Origin: Escherichia phage Mimir124
DNA: 64,000 bases
Sequence record: PQ310662.1
Reading direction: 5' to 3' (one strand)
Each line of letters opens with the position of its first letter. Within the stretch, counting starts at the first letter, position 1. Shown here piece by piece: positions 29,455-37,646 of the stretch. The translations under genes and the position numbers were made by a program. The notes beneath the pieces were generated by a model, which worked only from the letters and a program-made list of their open reading frames with translations, was not told the DNA's origin and ran no database searches.

Positions 29455-31604
29455 GTATTGACCTTACCGGAGTAGTGCACCATCCAGCGATTGAAGAAAT
29501 CGTAGATGTGCTCTGCAATAAAACCCAGAATAATGACCGGGGATTCTTCCGTGTCGAAGTAGCCTACTTCTTGGCTAAAATGGCATCCTGCATGGGTGCA
29601 ACCATCGTAACTAAAGACCGTGGTGACCTGCCGGTAAACATCTACGCTATGGCGTTGGCTACATCTGGTTTCGGTAAAGGTCACTCGGTAAATATTATTG
29701 AAGACGGGTTCATGACTGGATTCCGTAAGCGATTTATGGAAGACACCATGCCCGTCATTGCAAATGACCGATTATGGAAGATTGCTAACGAACGTGCTGC
29801 TCGTCAGGGTACGGACCAGAATGATGAGTTCGACAAAGTTGAAGCAGAGTATAAACGTGCTGGGGCATTCCCATTCACGTTCGACTCTGGTACAGCACCT
29901 GCTGTAAAACAACTTCGACACAAGCTGCTTATGGCTGGTTGCGGTGCTATTAACTTACAGATTGATGAGATTGGTTCCAACCTCATTGCCAACGTTGAAG
30001 TACTTAACCTGTTCCTTGAGTTGTATGACCAGGGGAAAGTAAAACAGAAGTTAACCAAGAACACTGCTGAAAGTATTCGTGGCGAAGAACTGGATGGTAA
30101 GACTCCTGCTAACCTGCTGCTGTTCGGTACTCCGAGTAAGCTGCTGGATGGTGGTCAGACTGAAGACCAGTTCTATGACTTCCTTGATACAGGGTATGCA
30201 CGTCGTTGTCTGTTTGCCATTGGGCATTTAGACAAGCGAGCACATGCAACGATGACCCCGGAAGAAATCTACCGTAACCTGATTAAGCAGGATAACGTTC
30301 AGTCTCTTGGTAAGTGGGCTAACCACTTCCATAGTCTGGCTGACCCAAACCTGTTTGGCTTTAAGATGATTGTGGAAGATGCAGTGGGTATTGCTCTGAT
30401 TACTTACAAAATTGATTGTGAGAAAAAAGCAGAAGCTATGGCTGACCACGAAGAAATTCGTAAGGCTGAAATATCCCACCGTTACTTCAAGGCTCTTAAG
30501 CTGGCAGGTGCACTGGCGTTTGTTGATCAGAGTTCATTCATTGAGATGTCTCACCTTAAACAAGCAATCTTGCTCGTAGAAGAATCTGGGGCAGCATTCC
30601 AGGGTATTCTCAATCGTGAGAAAGCCTATGTGAAGCTGGCTAAGTACATTGCCTCCGTAGGCAAAGAGGTTACTCATGCTGACTTGCTGGAGTCATTACC
30701 TTTCTATAAGAGTGGCAATGCGGCTCGTAATGAGATGATGACTCTTGCTACAGCATGGGGTTACAAACAGCACATCATTATTAAGAAGACCTTCAATGAG
30801 GGTATTGAGTTCTTCCGTGGTGAGACTCTGAAAGAGACTGACACCAATGAGATGATAGTGGCATATAGTGATAGCTTTGCTTATGACTATGTTGGTGAAC
30901 GTGTACCGTTTGACCAGCTACATGTATTAACCCAAGCTCCCGGTATGCACTGGGTGAACCATCATATGAAGAATGGACATCGTTCTGAAGAGAACGTTAT
31001 CCCAGGATTTAACATGATTGTTATTGACTGTGATGGTGGAGTACCACTGCATACGTGCCATGAACTGATGAAGGAATATAAGTTCATGACCTATACCACT
31101 AAGCGTCATACCGACGAAGAGAACCGCTTCCGTCTGATTATTCCAATGAACTATGAGCTACACCTCGACACTGAGGAATACAAAGAGTTCATGAATAACG
31201 TTATGGCTTGGCTACCATTCGAAACGGATGAGTCTGCTAACCAACGAGCCAAGAAGTGGATGTCCTGTGAGACTGGTTCCTATCATTACAACCTTGATGC
31301 GAATCTGTTGGATGTACGTGACTTTATTCCTCGTACCAGTAAGAACGAGCAGTTCCAGAACCAGATGAAGGAAGTACAGTCGCTGGACAATCTGGAGCGT
31401 TGGTTCGCTGGTCGTATTGCCTCCGGTAATCGTAATAATCAAATGATTAAGTACGCACTGGCATTAGTAGACAGTGGTTGGGACTTTGCTCAAGTACAGC
31501 AAGCCGTCTATTCATTCAATAAGAAACTGGCTAATCCATTGCCAGATGATGAATTGAATTCAACCGTAATGGTCACCGTGGCTAAACGCTTCGCTGGCAA
31601 GTAA
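29451..31604 (+). CDS. putative DNA primase/replication initiation protein
   Basis: MIVIDCDGG (hhhDhD) ... TKRH ... RFRLII resemble archaeo-eukaryotic primase motifs; 717 aa from ATG 29451 (track start 29394). Confidence 0.4.
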   Translation: MSIDLTGVVHHPAIEEIVDVLCNKTQNNDRGFFRVEVAYFLAKMASCMGATIVTKDRGDLPVNIYAMALATSGFGKGHSVNIIEDGFMTGFRKRFMEDTMPVIANDRLWKIANERAARQGTDQNDEFDKVEAEYKRAGAFPFTFDSGTAPAVKQLRHKLLMAGCGAINLQIDEIGSNLIANVEVLNLFLELYDQGKVKQKLTKNTAESIRGEELDGKTPANLLLFGTPSKLLDGGQTEDQFYDFLDTGYARRCLFAIGHLDKRAHATMTPEEIYRNLIKQDNVQSLGKWANHFHSLADPNLFGFKMIVEDAVGIALITYKIDCEKKAEAMADHEEIRKAEISHRYFKALKLAGALAFVDQSSFIEMSHLKQAILLVEESGAAFQGILNREKAYVKLAKYIASVGKEVTHADLLESLPFYKSGNAARNEMMTLATAWGYKQHIIIKKTFNEGIEFFRGETLKETDTNEMIVAYSDSFAYDYVGERVPFDQLHVLTQAPGMHWVNHHMKNGHRSEENVIPGFNMIVIDCDGGVPLHTCHELMKEYKFMTYTTKRHTDEENRFRLIIPMNYELHLDTEEYKEFMNNVMAWLPFETDESANQRAKKWMSCETGSYHYNLDANLLDVRDFIPRTSKNEQFQNQMKEVQSLDNLERWFAGRIASGNRNNQMIKYALALVDSGWDFAQVQQAVYSFNKKLANPLPDDELNSTVMVTVAKRFAGK

Positions 31605-31660
31605 GAAAACAGGAGTCTTTCTTTGGTTTGAAGGACTCCTAAACTAAACGAGGAAAAATA

Positions 31661-32413
31661 ATGTCCGAAGAAATCTCCAATGATATGAACACTCAGCTAA
31701 TCCTGATTGCAGGATTCTCAGCGAGTGGTAAATCAGCATCACTGCGTAATATCCGGAACCAGGAACGCTGGTTGTATCTGAATACAGAAGCAGGTAAGCG
31801 TCTACCTTTCCGTAATAAGTTCAACACCTACAACATTGAAGACCCATATCAGATTTGGGAAGCATTTGATGTTGCATCTCCAGGGGGTGAAATGGCAGAC
31901 GATGTTGATGGTATCATTATCGACTCTGCCACCTTCATGATGGACATGCTGGAATCCCAGTATGTATTGCCATCTGCTAATACCCAGAAAGCCTGGGGGG
32001 ACTTTGCACAGTTCTTTAAAATACTGCTGCAACAGAAAGTCGTTAAGTTTGGTAAGCCAGTAATCATTACTGCCCATGCTAAAGATGAACTCGACGAAGC
32101 TGCTGGTGTGATGAAAACATTCATCCCAGTGAAAGGCTCCCTGAAGAATAATGGCCTTGAGGCTTACTTCTCTACAGTGGTTTACGCAGAACGCGTAGAT
32201 ATTAAGGAACTGGAGAAGTATGGCAACAAGATGCTTGATATTACGGAAGAAGAACGTGACTTAGGCTATAAGCACGTATTCCAGACACGTCCAACCAAGA
32301 AGTCTGTTGGTAAACGTCTTCGCTCACCGATGGGTATGTTCGATAAGTCTCAGACTTACATTGATAATGATGCCCAGAAACTCTTAGACCATCTGGCTGA
32401 ATACTACGCTTAA
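31661..32413 (+). CDS. RecA-fold ATPase (Sak4-like, putative recombination/replication)
   Basis: Walker A GFSASGKS, Walker B IIIDSAT; 250 aa. Confidence 0.5.
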   Translation: MSEEISNDMNTQLILIAGFSASGKSASLRNIRNQERWLYLNTEAGKRLPFRNKFNTYNIEDPYQIWEAFDVASPGGEMADDVDGIIIDSATFMMDMLESQYVLPSANTQKAWGDFAQFFKILLQQKVVKFGKPVIITAHAKDELDEAAGVMKTFIPVKGSLKNNGLEAYFSTVVYAERVDIKELEKYGNKMLDITEEERDLGYKHVFQTRPTKKSVGKRLRSPMGMFDKSQTYIDNDAQKLLDHLAEYYA

Positions 32414-32453
32414 GCGTTTGCCTGGTTGTTAATCACTTATTAGGAAAAATATT

Positions 32454-33257
32454 ATGTCACTGTTCGGTAACTTGAAAGAAAAGACCAAAAACGTTGAAGC
32501 TGCAAAAGACACTCTTGGTGGTGGTGGCTTCGGTGCAAAAGAATCTGATATCTACACCGGTACTGTAAAAGTAGCTTACGTAGGTAAAGCTGATTCTGGT
32601 GCAGACTGGATGCAGTTAATCATTGAAAACCTGAAAGGTTCTGATGGCAATGATGCTGGTGAGTTCCGTGCCCAGGTATACTTCACTTCCGGTAATGCTA
32701 AAGGCAATAAGCCGACTTACGAGAAGAATGGTAAAGAGTACTTCCTGCCTGGTTACACTGTCATTAATGACATGATGCTGATGGCTACTGGTTGTGAACT
32801 GCCAGATGCAGACTTCGAAGAGAAGATTGTTAAAGTCTATGACTTCGACCTGAAAGCAGAAACCAATAAGTCTGTCATGGTTCCAGTTGATCTGGTGGGC
32901 CAGACTGTTACCTTCGCTCTGGAAAAGGTTCTGGAAGCTAAGCAGGTTAAGGGTGATAACGGTTACGTTGACTCCGGAGAAACTCGCGAAGTAAACGAGA
33001 TTCAGAAAGTGTTTCACCCGGAACTGCTGGTTACAGTCGTCGAGGCTCAGGAAGCAGAGAAGGCTGAGAAAGAACTGACCCCAGAACTGGCTGTATTCTA
33101 TACAGCATGGTTGGAAAAGAACAAAGGTAAAACCCGTGATAAGACCAAGGGTTCTGCTGGTGGTAATGGTAAAGGTGGCTTACCTCCTAAACCAGGTGCA
33201 GGTGCTGGCACAGGTACTACTCCTGCTGGGGGTAAATCTCTGTTCGGTAAGCGTTAA
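32454..33257 (+). CDS. single-stranded DNA-binding protein (N4 SSB-like by size/position)
   Basis: 267 aa with Gly-rich C-terminal tail (GSAGGNGKGGLPPKPGAGAGTG); position between ATPase and resolvase. Confidence 0.5.
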   Translation: MSLFGNLKEKTKNVEAAKDTLGGGGFGAKESDIYTGTVKVAYVGKADSGADWMQLIIENLKGSDGNDAGEFRAQVYFTSGNAKGNKPTYEKNGKEYFLPGYTVINDMMLMATGCELPDADFEEKIVKVYDFDLKAETNKSVMVPVDLVGQTVTFALEKVLEAKQVKGDNGYVDSGETREVNEIQKVFHPELLVTVVEAQEAEKAEKELTPELAVFYTAWLEKNKGKTRDKTKGSAGGNGKGGLPPKPGAGAGTGTTPAGGKSLFGKR

Positions 33258-33811
33258 TGAAAATCCCAATTGTCGGTGCAGATATTAGTCTCCGCAATTG
33301 GGGATTAGCTCGTGGGATGCTGGACATTGAGTCCGGTGTCTTCGAGCAGGTCGAACTTAAACTGGTTCAAACTGAAGTTGACCACAACAAACAAGTTCGA
33401 ACCAACTCCAAAGATATACAAGCTGCCCATGATTTGTTTCTTGGTTGCAAAGAATGGTTACGGTCTGCTAAAGCAGTGTTTGTAGAAGTACCAGTAGGCT
33501 CTCAGTCTGCTAACGGTATGAAGTCCTATGGTGTATGCGTAGGATTAATCGGTGCATTCCGTGCATTGGGTTGCCCAATCTTTGAAGTATCCCCAATTGA
33601 AAACAAACTTGCACTGGTCGGTGATAAAACTGCATCCAAAGACACGATGATTCGTGCTGCTCATGCCATCTATCCCGAAGCCAACTGGCTCACGGATAAG
33701 AAAGGTAAACTCCTGAATAAGAATGAGCACTTAGCTGATGCAATCGGTGCAATCCACGCTGGGGTAAATCTACCAGCTTTCCAGAATCTCATTAAATTAA
33801 TAAAGGCATAA
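33257..33811 (+). CDS. RuvC-like Holliday junction resolvase
   Basis: VGADISLRNWGLA (G.D.S.r..G.A) and C-terminal HLADAIGAIHAG resemble RuvC motifs. Confidence 0.55.
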   Translation: MKIPIVGADISLRNWGLARGMLDIESGVFEQVELKLVQTEVDHNKQVRTNSKDIQAAHDLFLGCKEWLRSAKAVFVEVPVGSQSANGMKSYGVCVGLIGAFRALGCPIFEVSPIENKLALVGDKTASKDTMIRAAHAIYPEANWLTDKKGKLLNKNEHLADAIGAIHAGVNLPAFQNLIKLIKA

Positions 33812-33812
33812 T

Positions 33813-34262
33813 ATGCAAATCGTTCTGAACCAGTCTGAAGTAGAAGCTGCTATTGAAGCTTATGTAAATGAACAAGTTAATCTTGCCGGGGACATTAATA
33901 TCCTGGTGAATGCAGATGGTACTGCCACTATTGGTATCAATGAAGAGGTCGGTCATAGTGATGACACTCCCCCCGTGGTAGAGAAGAAGACTCGCCGTCC
34001 TCGTAAGAACCCACAAGAAGCCAAACACCGTCCGGTAGAACCGGAACCGGTTGTTGAGGATGAAGCTGAAGAAGAGGTAAAGGAAGAAGAAACCCAGACC
34101 TCTACTGGTGGACCGAACGGGAGTTCTACGCCGGAACCTGAAGAAGCAGTAGCTGAACCAGAAGCACAAGAAGAAGTTGTGCAGGAGGAAGTTAAGGCAG
34201 AAGAACCAGCAGAGAAACCTGCTGCGAAGCCTTCACTGTTCGCTGGCCTAAAACGTAGTTAA
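33813..34262 (+). CDS. acidic low-complexity protein (149 aa)
   Basis: E/P-rich C-terminal half (EPEPVVEDEAEEEVKEEE...). Confidence 0.45.
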   Translation: MQIVLNQSEVEAAIEAYVNEQVNLAGDINILVNADGTATIGINEEVGHSDDTPPVVEKKTRRPRKNPQEAKHRPVEPEPVVEDEAEEEVKEEETQTSTGGPNGSSTPEPEEAVAEPEAQEEVVQEEVKAEEPAEKPAAKPSLFAGLKRS

Positions 34263-34493
34263 TCTGGTAGGTGGCTCAGAAGCTGCTGCTAGGTGTGGTA
34301 GTGTTTATAGTCCTGATGCTACTACTGGTCAGAATTATAGACGTGTCGGCTCCATACATAGCTTTTATCATCACTGTCATTATCCTGTGGAAATGCAGTG
34401 GTAAACACGGTGGTGACAAGCCGCCAGAATAACAACAACCGAACCAGTGGATTGGAATACTCTCCCCAGTCCATTGGTTCAACCGGGGTTAAT

Positions 34494-34664
34494 ATGAACA
34501 AATTTACTATTCACTGGCTCAATGGAAAGGTTAGTTCTTTCATGGGTGAAGAACCTGCTGAAGGAAACAAAGCATTCCACATTGATTCAGAAGGCTGCAA
34601 AATCTTAATACCTTATGCTTGGTATAAAGATGGTGAAGTTGAAGCATTGAAAAAGAGTAGTTAA
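34494..34664 (+). CDS. hypothetical small protein (56 aa)
   Basis: ATG at 34494 within track ORF 34398..34664. Confidence 0.3.
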   Translation: MNKFTIHWLNGKVSSFMGEEPAEGNKAFHIDSEGCKILIPYAWYKDGEVEALKKSS

Positions 34665-35441
34665 TATCGTGAAGGGTTCTGTCAGAATCCTTTGAGATAG
34701 GAACTCCTATCATAACCTTTCTTAACTTAATCTTTGCCGTATGGCACTGACGCTAGGGGTGGCCCCCCATCCGTCAGACAGACTATTTTAAGAATGGGTT
34801 ATCTCAGAAAATGTAAAGCAACATTCGGGTTAATCAATGGCCTCTCCTATAGGGGCCATTTCTGAGTCTTAGGCTATATCCCAAAGGTTAGTATCTTTGG
34901 GATAAGGCTTCAGATCCCTTATCAAACTAGCTGCTCAATGTTGAGCATATTAATCAACCAAGCCCAATAAGGGGGCGGGAGTTTAATGCCGGTAAGCATA
35001 AGCCTATCCGTCTACAACATCGAACTGTTAGATCTTACATGCAATATAGGGTATAAAGGGAGGACTCGTCCCCTCCCTCCTATTATGAACTATCGGAGAG
35101 TGCATTAGTTGATTAGCTGTGGAAGGTAGGCCGATGTCCACGAGCATGGCCCAGAGCTAGTGTACTCCCCGATAGTTTTCGTAGCGATTATGCGGTTTTT
35201 TAGAAACGAACCAATAACATAAATGCAAACGAAGAAGCGTATCTGATGGTCGCCTAACAGCGTAACCTCAGTCAGGAGTGAGTCGTCCTGATTATCAAAC
35301 GACCGTGGAGTTCTCCCGTCCATGTATTAGAAACGGGGGACCAATTACCAGTTGCACGAGATGGCTTGACATGTTCAAGTTTGGACTAAGTGTGACACCG
35401 CTAGATTGGAGGGCTGCTGCGGTAAGCTATAGACTCCAACC

Positions 35442-35469
35442 GGAGGTTCGAATCCTTCACTGGTAACCA
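35442..35469 (+). ncRNA. tRNA 3' module (canonical T-arm GGAGG-TTCGAAT-CCTTC, acceptor 3' strand, discriminator A, encoded CCA); 5' half not resolved
   Basis: Exact GGTTCGAATCC T-loop motif; the only complementary 5' acceptor strand (taccagt) lies 121 nt upstream at 35346. Confidence 0.4.
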
Positions 35470-35545
35470 ATTCAAAGTAGCACTGTATCTTTAAATGTTT
35501 CCCGGCATTCAAAGAACCCACCGTGACAGTGCTACTCTGAATTGG
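35467..35545. repeat. 20-bp inverted repeat (19/20) flanking a 39-nt spacer
   Basis: ccaattcaaagtagcactgt (35467-35486) versus acagtgctactctgaattgg (35526-35545). Confidence 0.7.
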
Positions 35546-35642
35546 AAGAATTAAGACGGGTCTGGTTGAAGTAGATGGGGTTCGATTACCTCCGGTGGAG
35601 TAATCCACTAGCGTGCTTGGTGCACGAATAAGACTTAGTACT

Positions 35643-35667
35643 GGTGGTTCGATTCCATCCCCCGTTA
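35643..35667 (+). ncRNA. tRNA 3' module (T-arm GGTGG-TTCGATT-CCATC + acceptor 3' strand ccccgtt); candidate 5' strand gatgggg at 35574 (94-nt span)
   Basis: Canonical T-arm geometry; no standard D/anticodon arms found by hand in the intervening sequence. Confidence 0.35.
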
Positions 35668-35861
35668 CCTGAAGTCGCCAGGTACTTATGGCAAACGGGT
35701 AGTAACGAACTAGTCATTCGTCAAACGCCCACCCAATTATGAGTCAGCAAGAACGCCTTCACTTAAACTTAAACAAAAAAGCTTAACGCAATAATTATGT
35801 AGGGGTATGTAAGGATTGCGAAGAAGGAGCCAGTTAGAGCCTGGCATGACTCACCTATTAT

Positions 35862-35935
35862 GTCCACTTAGCTTAGACTGGGAAAGCAACCGACTAATAA
35901 TCGGAAGGTCACTGGTTCAAATCCAGTAGTGGATA
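35862..35935 (+). tRNA. tRNA (74 nt, canonical cloverleaf; anticodon loop CTAATAA, anticodon reads AAT in standard register)
   Basis: Acceptor gtccact/agtggat (7 bp), U8, D-stem gctt/aagc with GG in D-loop, anticodon stem ccga/tcgg, 5-nt variable loop, T-arm actgg-ttcaaat-ccagt, discriminator A. Confidence 0.6.
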
Positions 35936-36166
35936 CTTATTCAGCAGTAACATAGTCCTGATTGCATAGCACTCTAAAGACAACACTGGTAAGACAGTCC
36001 AGTGGCTGCTAATGTATTGTTATTCCCCTCGACGGGAATTTCGCTAGTGAAGGTAACACTTAAAAATCCAAACCTACGTCTTACTACTATCGGGCTATCA
36101 ACCCACGGTCGCTTAACCCTGTAGTGATAGTAGTTTGACGGCCTGCCTCGTTGACTGCGTTAAAGT

Positions 36167-36207
36167 CACTAAGTCCCTCGGAGCCGTCACTCTGGGGGAC
36201 TTTTTTA
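36167..36207 (+). terminator. rho-independent terminator closing the non-coding island
   Basis: aagtccc...gggggactt hairpin followed by tttttattt. Confidence 0.5.
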
Positions 36208-36208
36208 T

Positions 36209-36394
36209 TTGAGAACTGTTTATTGGACGATTCATATGATTGACCTAATCTTAACCCCGTATGCCTATGAGGTAACGGATAACCGAGGACGTAAGTCTTT
36301 GGTGTTTGCAGGTAGCGTAGCCTATAACAACGCAGTCATGTTTAAATACAAACTTAAACCACTTTATGAGGCTAATAATGGCAACAGTAAGTAA
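36209..36394 (+). CDS. hypothetical small protein (61 aa)
   Basis: ORF starting right after the terminator. Confidence 0.35.
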   Translation: MRTVYWTIHMIDLILTPYAYEVTDNRGRKSLVFAGSVAYNNAVMFKYKLKPLYEANNGNSK

Positions 36395-36758
36395 AGAATC
36401 AATCGAAGCTAAGATTAAGAGCGTTTACTATTTCAATGGTGCTGATGCAGTAAAGACTGCATTCGTTAACCCTTCTGCACTTCCGGCAGACGATTTGGCT
36501 AACCTGAGCCTGGTAACCTACTGTATTATCATCCTGGAAAACGGATTCAAAGTTGAAGGTGTATCTGCCTGTATTGACCCAACCATCTATGATGAACAAA
36601 AAGGCCGTCAGTATGCATATGAAAATGCATTCAATAAGATTTGGGAAATAGAGGGTTACCTGCTACGTCAGGCATTGCATGAGAAAGAGGAGACTACTAA
36701 GGCTCTGGCTTCCTTTGCAGAAAACAACACCTGTGATGGTGGTGGTTGCACCATTTAA
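36378..36758 (+). CDS. N4 gp49/Sf6 gene 66-like family protein
   Basis: LSLVTYCIIILENGFKVEGVSACIDPTIYDEQKGRQYAYENAFNKIWEIEGYLLRQ resembles the gp49-like family signature as I recall it; start set to ATG 36378. Confidence 0.45.
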   Translation: MATVSKESIEAKIKSVYYFNGADAVKTAFVNPSALPADDLANLSLVTYCIIILENGFKVEGVSACIDPTIYDEQKGRQYAYENAFNKIWEIEGYLLRQALHEKEETTKALASFAENNTCDGGGCTI

Positions 36759-36849
36759 CAAACAGGTGTAAGGTAGTTTTTACCGAAAGGTACTGAACTA
36801 CCCAACATGTGGTAAGGCTCTAGAAGCCAAAACAAAACAAGCCCTCCTA

Positions 36850-37365
36850 GTGAGGGCTTTATCATTTGAGGTAGTTATGTCCGAAGAAATTAAAATTCAC
36901 TTCACCAACTACATTGGAACCAAGTGTGTAAATGGTTTCAAGATGAACAAGGAAACATATTGCAAACTTCGTGGCTGGGATGTGCCTGCTAATGAAGACC
37001 CATTAGAAGAAGGTTACTTAGTAGAGTACCCAGACTCTAAACCTAACCATGAGCAATTCCGTGGTTATATTAGCTGGTCACCAAAAGCTGCATTTGAGGC
37101 TGCATATTGTGACGTAACTAAGGGTTGTACTTTTGGTCACGCAGTAGAACTTTTGAAGTCTGGTTTTAGACTGTCCCGTAAAGGCTGGAATGGAAAAGGA
37201 ATGTATATCACCTTGGTACCGGGTAAATATTGGTCCATGGCTAAACATGAGAACTCCATTTGTGAGAAACGGGATTGGTTGGGCATCAAAACTGTTGATG
37301 ACCAGTTTATGCCTTGGGTTCCATCCCAATCGGATGTATTAGCTGAAGACTGGGTAATTCTGTAG
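36850..37365 (+). CDS. DUF2829-domain protein (Tad2-like C-terminal domain fused to an N-terminal domain)
   Basis: C-terminal FGHAVELLKSGFRLSRKGWNGKGMYITLVP...WVPSQSDVLAEDWVIL matches the DUF2829 signature (GWNGKxM...SQ.D.LAEDW). Confidence 0.5.
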   Translation: MRALSFEVVMSEEIKIHFTNYIGTKCVNGFKMNKETYCKLRGWDVPANEDPLEEGYLVEYPDSKPNHEQFRGYISWSPKAAFEAAYCDVTKGCTFGHAVELLKSGFRLSRKGWNGKGMYITLVPGKYWSMAKHENSICEKRDWLGIKTVDDQFMPWVPSQSDVLAEDWVIL

Positions 37366-37374
37366 GAAACTATT

Positions 37375-37605
37375 ATGACACAAGTATCTATTACCTCTGT
37401 TGTTCGTGAATCCATTCTCAACAATACTGTCCGTACATATTCATTCGATGAAATCGCAGAGAAGCTGGGAGTAACTCGTTACGTAGCTAAAAAACTCTAC
37501 TTCACATTCCTGTGGTTCCCTACGGAGGAAACATTACGGAAGATTAAAGAGACTGGTAAATTTCCAAGTGAAGGACGTAAGCCTAAAATGTGGAAAACAC
37601 CCTGA
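37375..37605 (+). CDS. hypothetical protein (76 aa)
   Basis: Last plus-strand ORF before the convergent terminator. Confidence 0.4.
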   Translation: MTQVSITSVVRESILNNTVRTYSFDEIAEKLGVTRYVAKKLYFTFLWFPTEETLRKIKETGKFPSEGRKPKMWKTP

Positions 37606-37617
37606 CTTCTAAAAGCA

Positions 37618-37646
37618 AAGCCCCTCTAATGAGGGGCTTTTTTATT
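37618..37646. terminator. bidirectional terminator between convergent plus-strand genes and the minus-strand vRNAP gene
   Basis: aaagcccctc-taat-gaggggcttt flanked by an A-run upstream and ttttttatttt downstream. Confidence 0.7.

Noticed and set aside
31605-31660. aggagtc...gactcct inverted repeat read as a terminator after the primase-like gene
   Set aside because: 16-nt loop and no T-run; more likely part of the RBS and leader region of the following ATPase gene.
35574-35592. ggggttcgattacc read as a fourth tRNA T-arm
   Set aside because: The position equivalent to G53-C61 would be a G-A mismatch; it fits better as the 5' acceptor candidate (gatgggg) for the module ending at 35667.
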